Source: Lepidodermella squamata (taxonomy: Eukaryota; Animalia; Gastrotricha). Taken from it: a stretch of DNA of 64,000 nucleotides. The stretch lies in assembly GCA_047495785.1 (NCBI GenBank), contig JBLDXI010000012.1, positions 310,001 through 374,000 of the forward strand, written 5' to 3'. Numbering within the stretch: position 1 is the stretch's first letter; the number at the start of each line of letters is the position of its first letter. Under the pieces are notes generated by a model. It ran no database searches. It saw only the letters and a list, made by a program, of their open reading frames with translations, and was not told the origin of the DNA. Below, one piece after another: positions 1-12,525 of this stretch. Both the position numbers and the translations under genes were made by a program.

Positions 1-196
1 CGAAAACACGCACACACTGACCAAAATTCAATTTTAAAGAGAGAGAAGAGAGAGATGTAATAATGAAAACACATCTTCATGTGATCAAAGTTTTTTTTTA
101 GCAATAAGAAGAATAATAATTATTGTAGTAATTAGAATTTTACTGCAACTATTGGTTGTTGTGCTTGAACGCCTGTTTAACTCCGAAATTTTTTGT

Positions 197-3100
197 CTAA
201 TTCCAGATTTTGAGCAGCGAGTCCCACGATCCAGTGCACAGAGCCATGCCGTCGTCGCTAACGCCCAGGCATGACACACGGTTATCGTGGCCGGACAAGA
301 CGCCTAAGGAGAAAAAAAAATAATGGAAAAAATTAGGTACAACTATCGATCGAAATCCACTCAGCATAGCTAATCCATTTTTCATTCAAAATTCTCGTGA
401 TATAATATAATAATGTATAACCACTCTTCTATTGTGAAGAGAGGTGACCTAATAAAAAAAACATTCTCCAGCACAGACGATTAATTAAAGCTCAGTACGA
501 AACGCAAAAAAGCATGTGACTTGAGTCTAAATTTAGATGAATACTTGATTGACTGTGTGTAAGTTTATTTGAAATTATGAAGAATGAAAAATGGAACATA
601 CCAGCCCGTTCTTGCTTGAGAACATCCCACACATTGCAGTTGAAGTCGTCGTAACCGCCGAACATTAACCGACCGGACCGGCTGAAGCCGACCGAGGTGA
701 TGCCGCAGATGATCGACTCGTTGTGGTACATTCCGATTTCTTGATCAGCACGAATATCGAACAGGCGGCAAGTAGCGTCGTCTGAGCCAGTCGCAAAAGC
801 GTTCCCGTTTGGAAAGTATGTGATAGCGTTGATGTCCGACTCGTGGCCGGTGAAGGTCTGCCGGCACTGGCCCTCGCGCACGTCCCACAGTTTGGCGGAG
901 GCGTCGCAGGCGCCGCTCGTGAACGCCTGCATGTCGGGAGCGAGGCTGAGCGACATCACGTCGCCCGTGTGGCCCTGAAACTGCGTCACCTGCGTGCCGG
1001 TCTCGATGTCCCACAACGCGCACGTCATGTCGCCTGAGCTGGTCAGTATCCGCGTGTCGTCGATGAAGCGACAACACGACAGGTAGCCGGTGTGGCCGGG
1101 AAGCTCGCGCGATACTCGGACGTTGCCCTCCCGCGTCCGCAGGGAGTAAATGGAGCAGATATTGTCGAGGCCACCGCACGCGACAAAGTTGCCGGACGGC
1201 GCGTACGCACACGTCATCACCCAACTACTCCGCAGCGGTATTGCATGCACCTACAAACAACAACAACAATCAACATTAAATTCTCAATTTTTCAATTTCA
1301 TTTTTTCATAAAAAATCACTTCTATTCTCGTATTACGCTGCGGAAAATGTCCATATCTATGCACCTGATTTGACCGTCAAAGATCATCCCATGGATGGCC
1401 TAATTTCGCTTGCGTTAATTTGTTTAATTTCTAAATAAAAAATATCATTCTTGTCAGCCTATTTTCGCGTCAACGGCCTGTCGAGATTCCCTTCCTGTTT
1501 TCCGCCTCGTTTTCAGGTCTCGTCGGTGCATAGTTCGAAGTTGCGCATTCCTTGCGCCGGGCGCATCATCATCAAATTTCGCCGTCTTAGTCATACTAGT
1601 CGTCGTCTACTAATGACGATGGATGGGTTCAATTTCGTCGCGCTCGCCCACCTGCCTTATCTACCTACACAAATCAAGCTTTTAACGACACTCGCCTTCC
1701 TCACAGCTGCTAGCAAATTAAAAAAATCACTGCATGATCTATAATGAAAAAAACACAGGTGTCAGGTTACAGCAACACGTGCGGCGACCGCTCCGTGCCA
1801 TGCGGGAAGGCGAGGCGGCTCCGGAACAGTAATTGCGAAAAGCGCACCCAGCTATCGAGGTGATGGCGAAAAACGCGAGCGAGCAAAACAAAATAATACG
1901 AATTAAAAGCGTAATCTTGGCACCTTATTTGTTGTCATCCCGTCCCAGACGATGAGCTTGCCGTCTTGCGAGGCGCTGACAAGGTTCCGCGACTCGGTGC
2001 CCCAATGCATGGCGTAGATTTTTGCTAAATGGCCGCGAAGTGTGCGGCGTGTTCTCAGCTGGATCTTGCCAATCGGTTCAACACTGGCAGTTGCTTGCTG
2101 CAGCGTTGTGTCAGCAGCCGCTCGGCGAGAATCCTGTAATACGAAAAAAAATCAATTAAAAAAATCCTCCTTAATTTTTCTCAATTTTGCATATATTTGT
2201 TTTACTTTTAACACTCACTCAATGGTTTTTTTTCGTTTCTGGCTACTGATATTACCGCCATTTTTTCACGTCGCACAAGGTTATTAACCCTGGGAATGTT
2301 GCGAAGCAGCGTTATTTTTACCGCAAATAAAAATAATAACAACAGCGTTCCGGTAAATTACACGCAGATTGGACGCGCCTGCGTCCGTATTCTATATTTG
2401 TATTTGTTCATTCGTTCGATGCAAGATGGATTAATGCGCGTAGCCGATATTACGCCGGCGCTCAATCGCAACACCCAATCGTAGTAGTAGTAGTAGTCGT
2501 CGTAGTAGTAATAGTATATAAGAAAAAGCGAAGATAGTGAACAACAACTATCTCTTGTGATATTACAGCGCCGGCGGTAGGTTGTACTACGAATATGGTA
2601 TGCGATGGTTCGGTCTTCGTCTTCTTAGTTTTCTTCCCTTCTCGTATTCTCATCAAAAATATTACTATCGAGCGATTGCTAGCCGCAGCAGTCTGAGCAG
2701 CCAGCGAAGAAGACGCCAGCAAAATGCGGATAGCTAGCGAAGAAAGACCAGCGTATCGCCGCCGACGCCGCTCTTTCTCACTCACTCACTCGCGCTCGCT
2801 GTCGTATATATCGCAGCAGCAGCGTCTTCGAATTATTATTATATATATATATTTTTATATACATACATTATAATAAATATATCGTATATAAAACAACACA
2901 AAACAGCCACACAAGCCGGATGGTCCGCCGCTGTAAACGCAATATTACATTCAGAGCGCGCGAAAGCAGATGCTGCGCAGCGAGCCGATCGATTCGAAGA
3001 GCTGCATACGCATATATGTATATAAACATTTTTCGCCGTTCTTCGTTCGTAGCTCTCTCTCTCCCTCTCGGGCTAGCTGCTCCGGCAAATCGATAAATCA

Positions 3101-3729
3101 TGAAAGAGTATGCCATACGCAGTCGGCAATATATGTGCGCCGGCGCGAGTCGCAAAACATAGGGGGAGGAGAGGCACAAAGTAGTGCGTATATATACATA
3201 TAAAATATACAAAAGCACACACGCATATGCTCACATACTAACACAATATCTGTCATATCTATCATTTATCTCCACAAGGGCAAATCTCCACAAGCTAGCA
3301 TGGGTCAACTGATCAAAAAATAAAACTATGCGTATATTGTATCGGAATGGCGCGCATAATTTACTCGATCTCGACGCGGCTGCTAGTGGCGCCGCCGCGG
3401 ACGAGGCCACGGTGACGATGACGGCGCCGCAGAATGTAATACAGTTTGCGATGACAACAATTGCAATAGCTCGCTCATCAAAGACGGGTAGCGGCACTCG
3501 GCGAAAAAAACCACCATAAATAATGGTGATGGTGTATTTATGCCGTGACGATGGCGATAATAAAACAGCACCAGTAAATAATAATAATGGTTAATAGTTG
3601 TAATCACATGTCGCCGCCTCATTTAATTGTCACTACAAAAAATGCGGTCAAAATTCATTCGAAAATGCTTACCCGAATGCGAGCCTTCAGGTCTTCTGCT
3701 TCCGCCCGAAGTTGCTCCAATTCTCCCAT
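197..3729 (-). CDS. GNB1: Heterotrimeric G-protein beta subunit, 4 coding exons (3729-3673, 2133-1924, 1250-602, 303-197)
   Basis: Spliced product reads [67 protein letters not shown], the Gbeta WD40 signature. All junctions are GT-AG and in frame. Confidence 0.97.
2481..2514. repeat. (GTA/GTC)n microsatellite in GNB intron
   Basis: gtagtagtagtagtagtcgtcgtagtagtaatag. Confidence 0.8.
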
Positions 3730-6700
3730 TATTACAGCAAATTAATAAAAATTGAAAGATTGGGGTGCGACGATAACTTCTTAAGCCTGAACGGCGCGGT
3801 CGTCTCCTTAGGCCAAGCGACGATCAAGACAACAGAACTAACATTAAAAAAACTAGATAATGGAAAATCAAATCAAGTCAATGTTAAGTTATGTAGTTAG
3901 CATCGTAGCATGGGTGATCATTGCTTTTCAGACGAGATGCAAAAAGATCCAGAAAATTTGCAGACAGATGAGAAGAGCTAAAATCATGTGAGATTTCATT
4001 CAAGCAGACACAATATTAAAACATGAAGATAATATGACGCTCTTAATCATAGAGTGAAATGAAGAGAGCAGGTGGCTGTGTGGAAGAGGTCGGAACTGAT
4101 GCGCACACTGCTGACACGCAGCGGTGTCAGCTTTCAGAAGTAATCGATAATGCTAGCTGGAAACAGAAATAGTCACCTTTCTAACAGACTAATCAAAGTA
4201 TCAAGTTGAAAAAACGCATTTGCACTAAACTGCAGCTGGCAATTGATACGTCAACTCAAGAACATTAGAGTAATCACTTGGTAATGAATAGTGCCTGAAA
4301 GCGAGAAGGTCACAGCAAAGAAACCAAGTTGACGAGTCGGGACGTGCTGATTTATCGAACAGTTATAAACCCAATTGTTTGCAAATCTCAATGTGCAGTA
4401 AATGTGATAAGTCTAGAAAGTTTTTCTGGTTTGATAAGTGATAAGGCAATTTTGAATCAAGGTGCCGCGTTATTGTCTGGGTGCGAAATGAGTAAGATAT
4501 ATACTCTGTTCCCGAACTTGTATAGGATATAGTGTAAAAGAAAATTTGTCAGTGTCAGGTATCACATGAGACGGCGTAACCGACTCGGCATGAAAGGACG
4601 GAAAATGCGCGTTCTTGCGGGTCAAAATGAACTTCCCAGTAAAATACCCTGGATATCCCATAGGCAATTAACAAATTTCGGATAATCGAGGACCAATTGT
4701 TAGCAATTCACTCGACTCATCGTGGTGCGTAACGATTCCAGTGGCCTAAAAAAGTTATTAAACCTAAACGAGAGATAAATGTTTTCTTCAAATGCATTAA
4801 TTAATAACCCGTATGATTTTTTTCCAATATCATGATACCACGTTAAGTGAGATGCATTCGGGTTGAGTTCAAAAACTGCAAGCGAATAAAGCCGGCAATC
4901 ATGAGTTTACCGTTCGTTAGAGGAGCCATTAACCTAAACAAACCGCATTATAAGGAGCGTGCTTGGCTGCGGATTCACTATTAGATACAGTTACACTCCG
5001 CAGACTGCAGCGAGTCGATTGCAAAGCGGATACTCCCCTCAACAGTACGTAATGCGGGTTTTCAAAACAGAAAAAAATTGATGGCCCAAAAATCTGCCGA
5101 AATTTCTCATTTCACAGCAATAAAAATATTAAATAATTTTCAGTACTAATTTTTGCAATTTATGATTAATTCATTTACAAAATAAAAAATAATATGTTTT
5201 GCCGCATTGCATTTTCTTTACAAATTTCGAAGTCGGTCGGAGAGTGGAGAGCTGAGGACTGTCGAACGTTCGAATTCTGGGAGAAGTTCATGGAGCAAAC
5301 GCCTCGGGCGAATTAGATGCACAGTGTGAAGTAACGGCCAGGCTCTGATTAATTCCACTCAAGAATTTAGGCGCCTACGAAAGTTTCCGAACAAGGAGCC
5401 AAGCCACATTCATCTGTTCCATGTCTCAAAATCAACAAGCGCTCTCCGCTTTGTCTTTTTCTTTATTCTTAAAGACTGAAATGTTCAGCGGCAACAAATC
5501 GACGTCGCATTGTCCTTGCGAAACTGGAATGTTCCGATGCATAACGTCGTACTCGTCGTCGAAAACGCGGAGCGAGAAAAAGAAAAAGAAATGCTAAAAC
5601 CTGACCTACTCATGAAGTCTTCGATGATTTCCGAGTTCCGAGGTCACATTGCCAATTTATGATGCCAGTTTACATAGCTTGTAGCTTGTTGACAGAGCTG
5701 TTCATTGTAAAATAGTCATCTAGAAACTTTAAACTGACGAAAGTTACTTAACGGTAAACAATTCCTTGACTCCGTAGAGTTATAACTTTAACGAGAGGTT
5801 GATCAAGGAACAAAGCCTAAAGTTTGGCAGTGTTTTCCAATCATAATAGCCACCTGAATAAGGAACAGATTATGAAACTCTCTCTTCCCCCTACTCCCCG
5901 TAACCATTCTGCTCTCGTTCAATTTGGTACCGCAACCGACGAGGTTCATAAAATGTCTAGGAAAATGATTGTTCCGCTACTCAGTATGAAATTAACCTAC
6001 CTCTTTCCTTTCAGTTTCAGCTGACGCTCAGTCCGTGAATCACAGTCGTTTGTAGCTACCAACTTGCCGTTGGAAAAGGAAGATATATCAAGAAACCACT
6101 ATTCCTTATGACCGTAATTTTGGCTGCGCTATTCGAAGATCCACCATAGCAAGAAACAAGAAACAAATAATCAAATTGATGTTGGATAAATCTTGTGGAA
6201 ATGGCAAAAGAACATTTCTCCGGCACATGCCGGTCTACTGAAAGCCCACATTTTTAATTATGCTGTCTGTTTCCAGCATGTGTGTGGTGATACTGCCAGC
6301 GTGATTGAAAGACAGTGAGCCAACAGCGCAATTTTTCGCACTAAATTAAAATTTCATCCACATCGGGAAATCAACAGGCGGCCATGTAGTTCAGCGCGGA
6401 AATGCTCATTTCCATAAGGTATTCATTCATCTCTTGTCAAGTGTATGAGTGAATTTAGCTTGAATGAAACAGCTTCAAGCTGTTCGCGCGATCGAAACCT
6501 TGTAACAAGTAGAGATACGCTGTGTGCCAATATGCGTATTCTCACAATGAAAACCTGCCAAATGAAAAACGAGAGAAGAGCTTTTTCAGTTTTCAGTATT
6601 CAGTTTTTACTTTTTATTTATAGCAAATTCATTTCACGGCATCACACTGGAGCCATCATTTCATAATTAAATTAAATTCCGCGAGTGATTCTTCATTTTC

Positions 6701-7270
6701 CGATTTGATTTTGAACACACATCGACGTCACTTTTGAAATTGAAGACAGCTCCAAAACGCAATCCCCTCTGATATGTTTAACTAAGTAGCATGAAAAGGC
6801 ATCAAATGACATGTTGCAAAGTTCTACTACACAGCGCAAGTTTAAAATATTAAACAAAAAATGAAATTGCTCAATGCAGGCACGGGGAAGGCTTCGATCA
6901 TTTGCAAGACTTGTTTCATCATTATCATCATATGGGCAAATATGAATGGCGCATTGGAATTGGTTGACAAGCGACGGCAGATGTATCATTAATCGCCTAA
7001 TGACGAATACATGACACAAATTGGACAACGGGGAAATTGCGAAAACAAGCAAATAACAAAGTCAACAAAGGTATATTTAGAAATTTGTAAATTATTAGTC
7101 CCAACAAGAAGAAGATAATTTGTTACACAGTATTCAACTGCTTTGTGTTTACATAGAAAAATGGAAGTCAAAATAAAGTTAATTGATGAGCAAAAAATGT
7201 AGAATCTAACCTACTATTCATTTAATAAAATCGAGTCAATTTTCTAGTGCATGAAGCAACTACATAGCAT

Positions 7271-10200
7271 TTACACGTTGACGGCATCGGACGGCGGGGT
7301 GTTGCTGATGAAATTCGAAGCTGAAGACGCAGCGCCTGCCCCGATACCCGAGTCGCCGCTACTACGCATGCGTAGCATTTCCAAAGCTCGCTCGACCTCC
7401 CAGTCACACGCCACCAGCGCATTCTTGCACCGCTCGACTTCGGCCACGCGGTGAGAAGCTAGATACTGAAGTTTGAGAAACTTGACTGCTGCTTCGACGT
7501 TGCCCTATAACAAAAAAAAACAATAAAAATGGTTATTCTGCAGAAAACAATGAATTTGAGGAAAAAAAGGCGTTGTATGTTACATCCTTATTCTAGTTTT
7601 GCATTCCTAAATCTAAGGTTTAATCGTAAAATTTCAATTATGAAAACCAATCCCGAAAATGAAGGTTGTATCCGCAAACCAGTTCAAGTACTTGAAAATA
7701 CCAAATTTTTGGAATTTTTTTGAAAAAAGTGCTATGGGATGCAAAATTAGAATTTGCCATGGAAACCTGGAAACCCAGTAACCCTTGATTAGTCCATTTT
7801 AGATTAATTTACCTGTGTATAGCTGACAGCTCGTAGGCAGTCACTCATAAGCAAAGGATGGCCACATTTCTGCCGCACCTCCTCGTATACCCTCTGACGC
7901 TCCTCGGCAGTAACAATCGAGGCTCGCCGCTGGCCGGGCAAAGTCGCTTGACTAGCAGATATCGAATTCCTCGCCGATAACGGGGCAACAGCAGGCAACA
8001 GAGGTGGCGGGTCGGTTTTCGCAGTCGATGATTTCGCCGACTCGACAGGGTCAACGACAGGCGGCGAGTCGACGTACCGCCACGAGCCGGCATCCTCGAT
8101 TTTCACGTTATCATGAACTGGCGGCGAATTCGGAATAGAATTCGTAGTCGGACGGGGTGACGAAGCGTGGCTGGATGGTGACGAATTTGAACTTGACGCG
8201 GTGAAAGATCCGCTGATTGGCGACGACAGGGCAGGCTCGATTTTCAACTCATTCAAGCCCTGAATAGGCGACGAGGTCACTTCAGCACTCGCTTTCGGCT
8301 TGAGGTAGGCCATTGTTAACGGGCTAGGCGAAGGAACTCTGTCGAAATTCGACAGCAGACCGGAAGGCTGATGCGGCTGGCGCATGGTTTGCGTAGTTTC
8401 AGAAGTTTGACTGATAGACTTGGAAAACGAAGGCACAGTTCGTATAACAGTAGGCCTTTCGTTAGTTTCATTGCCAGACGGGCTTTGAACGAGGAAATCG
8501 GAAAGACGGATGGTTGACATAATTTCTTGAACATCAGATTCCAGCGACAAATCCGGTAATTTGAAACCGTCCTCGAACGAGTCGGCCCGCTTCATTCCTC
8601 CGCCCTCCAAATTCGGAATGTGAAATTCCTTATTCGGCTTCGGCAGAGTGCCGGAATTCGACGTGCGGTCAATGCAGACGCGTTCAACGCCGGGTGCGAT
8701 GAAGTCGACATGGCCCTGAACAGCCCCGTCGAAACCGATGTGCCCGATGTGACGCAAATCGCCCCTGGGTAGGCTGATCATCGAACTGTCGATGACTTTG
8801 GACGAAATGCTAGGTATAACGCCGGCAAATCGGTGCTTTTTCGTATCGTTCGGCATGGTTCTAGCTTTTTCGGCCGAAATTTCTGACGATGTTTGATAAA
8901 CCGCAGCTGAGTCGTCTGAAGTCGGCGGCGGTGATATCACGAGAAAACCGTTGTTGTTGCTGTTGCTCGAATTTTGAGGTGGAGCGGTTGTTTTAGCCGC
9001 AACAGGTGGAGTAGGTGCTATGCGTAAAATTCCAGAATCGCCACTCGCGTTCGGAACAAGTAGGTCTGTGTAGAAAACAACGTCCGAGGCGCAAAAGTAG
9101 CCTAGGCAACCGTCGCCAGTTACGCCCTTCCAATAATTCTGCTGGCCAGTCCTACAGCAGTGTAAACCGGATATTTTCAGACAAAAAAGTAAGGCGCAAC
9201 GTGAAAACTGACCTTTTGTCGAGGACGGTGATTATTTCCCCTTTTTGATAGCCGAGAATAGGCGTGAAATCGTCGTCGCTAAGCTCTTCACAAGCAGTAA
9301 CAGGTGGCGAAGAGTTTCTAACAGTTTGTACTTGGTCAGGCCGGACCTACAGTGAGCCAAATGGCGTGAAAAGGGCACACATTATAGTCGTAATAAAATT
9401 AATAAAGGCTATACGACTCATAAATTCATAAACATAAACTGAATGCACACTTCGCACCCTGCAGTAGTAGAGACAGATAGATATACAGATGGGCTCGTTT
9501 TTAAATAATAACACGGCCCAGCGCAGTAGTTTGCAGGGATGCGCAGCGAAACTGATGACGACGATGATCCTGTAAGCGTGTTGTAATAAACAGCTGTGTG
9601 TTGAAGTGTGATAACTTGTTTTACCCACTATTATGGCCTTGTTCAATAAACACATACCGCGCCCTCACTAGTATACGCTACTGCTGCTGCGGCATCGGAA
9701 TTGCAAATTTCAGCAATACCTACAACGGATGGTTGGCGCGCGGGTGCGAAATGTCGAACAAATGTCACTTAGATAAATCATAACTACTAAATAAAACCAA
9801 GAGCCAATTTTATACTATAGGAATCTGTTGCTTAATTATCAAAAATTTCCATTCTATTTTAAGACGATTCCACTACTCAAAATGTTGGCAAATCTCTAAC
9901 TGAAATATCCCTATACAGGGTACAGGGTGGCCAAAAAATTCCGCAGAGCGGGAATTCGCTGCGCATCATTTTAATGAGGAGTTTCAAGAAATTGAGGAGT
10001 TCCATTGGCAAAAGAATGCTTGAAATTCTTCAACTTCTTAAAACTCCTCATTAAATTGATGCGCAGCGAATTCCCGCTCTGCGGAATTTTTTGGCCACCC
10101 TGTATAATTAAGGTACGGAAAATTCGCAGCCAAATGTTAGGAAGCTACTTAGCGGTCTAATAATTCGATGAATAATAGTGGTTTTAGTGTTTATTAAAGT

Positions 10201-12525
10201 AAAATTTTTGGCTGTAAATAAAGCAAAAACTGCGTAAACTGCTCTGTGTTTTTGCAAAGGTATGTACGAGGGTTAATATCGTGAAAAACGAAACGAGCCA
10301 ATAAAATGCTAATGACAATATCACACAGGCCGATTGTTATTGACCATGCAACAACTCGCAGCAGTTAGCGAGAAACCTCAAGGTATAATATTATTATAAA
10401 ATTTACTCCCATAGGACGCTACATTTCAGTATTGCTAGCAAATATTTCGATAGTAAATATAAAATAGTTACATCTTGAATATAATGTTTCGCAAATATAT
10501 GTAATAGGAAAACAAATCATTACGAAATAAGAGGTAGGTAAATATTTTTATTAAAAATTATTAAGGCGGATGCTACTAACCAGTGGCAGGTGCTGCTCGA
10601 GATAGGCAAAAGTCGGCCTGTCGCTTGCGTCGTGTCGCCAACACCGCAGCATAACATCCTCGTAGTAGTCGCGCGGACAAAAGTCCGGCTGCGCGAGGCG
10701 TTGACCGCACGGCGCATCAACCGCATCGAGTATCTAGATGAATAAACAAAAATTAATACCTGCAATTACACACATTGATCCTAAATTGATCCCTCTTGTA
10801 AAAGTTTAGCGTCATGACACTCGAGATTGCCGCGGATTAGAGTGAATTAAACTTGCCTCAGTGGCACTTAGCTGACTCCACGGCTGCTCGCCGTAGCTGA
10901 ACATTTCCCACAGCGTTACGCCGAACGACCAAACGTCACTTGACGACGACATTTCAACGGCCCGCAGCGTTTCCGGGGCACACCACGCGACAGGTAGCCG
11001 CAGCTTCGAATGGTCGGTCGATGTTGAATTCGCATCATCTGAATTCGCGGACGACGGCGGCGTTTGGTGACTAGACAAACTGCTCGAACTATTTCCGTTA
11101 AGGAGGACGCCCAGCGCCTTCAACAGCCCGTAATCAGCCACCTTAATTTGAGCCGTCACACTCAGCGTGTTCATCATAATATTCCGGCAGGCTAAATCGC
11201 CGTGCACGACTCGCCTTCGTTCGAGATAGGCCATAGCTGTGGCGATTTGCTCGGCATACCGGCACAAATGCATCGGTGACATGATGACGCGGAGATCAGG
11301 ATCGCTGAAAATGTCGATGAGTGAGCGAAGGCTGGCAAGTTCGCAAACCAGGGCTGGTTGGCAGTATTCGTCCGTGTAACAGCCGAACACGTGCAGCAAA
11401 TTTGGGTGGCGAAGGTCTGAAAGTAGTGCGACGTGTTGCAGAAAGACGTGGAGAGGCCGGCCGAGGCAGTTCGGCGCGAATTTTTTGATAGCGACTGTCA
11501 ACTGAAAAAAATAACAGAAAAATTTAGAAAAATCATCAAAATATTCGATCGAAAACACCATCACCAAACAGCTTGAATAAAATTAAAAGCGAAAAAAAAT
11601 AATTTTAATTAAAAAATAGTGCGAAAGTTAAAATAAGCCAGGTTACTTTGAGAGTTAGTTATTTGTTTTTTTTGTTAGAATTGTGCTAAAATACCAATTT
11701 CGAAGATTTATCGCCAGGCAGGCGGTACTCGGCGAAATCAGATGCTAAAGCCCTGTAATATTGGCTCTGCGGTAGCGACCCGCTCAACCCCATGCATCCA
11801 ATCATACCATCCTTAAACACGTTGAATTTCGGCGAAAAAATCTATACATAAATTCATCGAAAATTCGACAAATATTTTACCTTGTCTTGGCTGAGCGCGT
11901 CCTTTCTTAGAACACCTTGATAAACAGTAGCGAATTCGCCCTCGCCGAGAATTTTCGTTGGAATAAGCGTGACGAGATCAGGATCGAGAAGGGCGACGAG
12001 GGGCGGGGCAGGGCCGCAGCGAAGTGACATGTGGCGCGCTGAATTCCGTAGACTATTCGAAGCACTCGAGCCACCTCGAAATATCGATGATGAATCATCT
12101 TGGCTGCCGGAATGTGACGAAGATGGGTTGAATAGGGACAATTTTTCACCGTTCGACGCGTCAAATGACACTCTTGGAGCACGAAATGAAAATTTCTAAA
12201 AAATCGAAATTATATAAAATTTAAAAATCAAGATTTCTCTTACTTTTCGAAGGCGGAAAAATCCGCGATGACCAGAATCTTTTTTAACAACGCGTCGAAG
12301 TCGTCGAATTTCAACGGCGTTTAAACCAACTGATTCGAAATCAGAGTCGTTCAAATTGCGCAAATCGTTAGTCGAATAGACTTTGAGATCGACAGCGAAA
12401 TTGTGGTAATATTGCAGTAGGTTTGTTTCGAACAAGATGTCGAAAAGTTCGCCATCGAATTCTGAGGTAAACAACGGCGGTGACATCGCCTTGCTTGAAG
12501 ACGAAGCAACCGAGGCAGACGGCAT
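7271..12525 (-). CDS. Ack/TNK2-family non-receptor tyrosine kinase (SAM-kinase-SH3-CRIB-Pro/Ser-rich-UBA). Exons 12525-12244, 12195-11881, 11501-10857, 10733-10581, 9346-9213, 9151-7813, 7504-7271
   Basis: N-terminal SAM-like region; kinase motifs LGEGEF, VAIK, HGDLACRN, LPVAWCAPE, SDVWSFGVTLWEMFSYGEQPW; SH3 YQKGEIITVLD..WKG; CRIB ISLPRGDLRHIGHIG; C-terminal UBA (GNVEAAVKFLKL..ALVACDWEVERA). One intron is GC-AG. Confidence 0.9.
9923..10102. mobile_element. Fold-back MITE, Tc1/mariner-like, in kinase intron
   Basis: CAGGGTGGCCAAAAAATTCCGCAGAGCGGGAATTCGCTGCGCATCA... pairs with its reverse complement ending ...TTGGCCACCCTG. Flanked by TA at 9921-9922 and 10103-10104. An extra TACAGGG lies at 9914-9920. 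Confidence 0.9.

Noticed and set aside
5200-7171. Minus-strand ORFs and splice-like signals between the kinase and GNB (e.g. 6693-7052)
   Set aside because: No consistent spliced reading frame or recognisable domain could be built. It may be UTR, lncRNA or a decayed gene.
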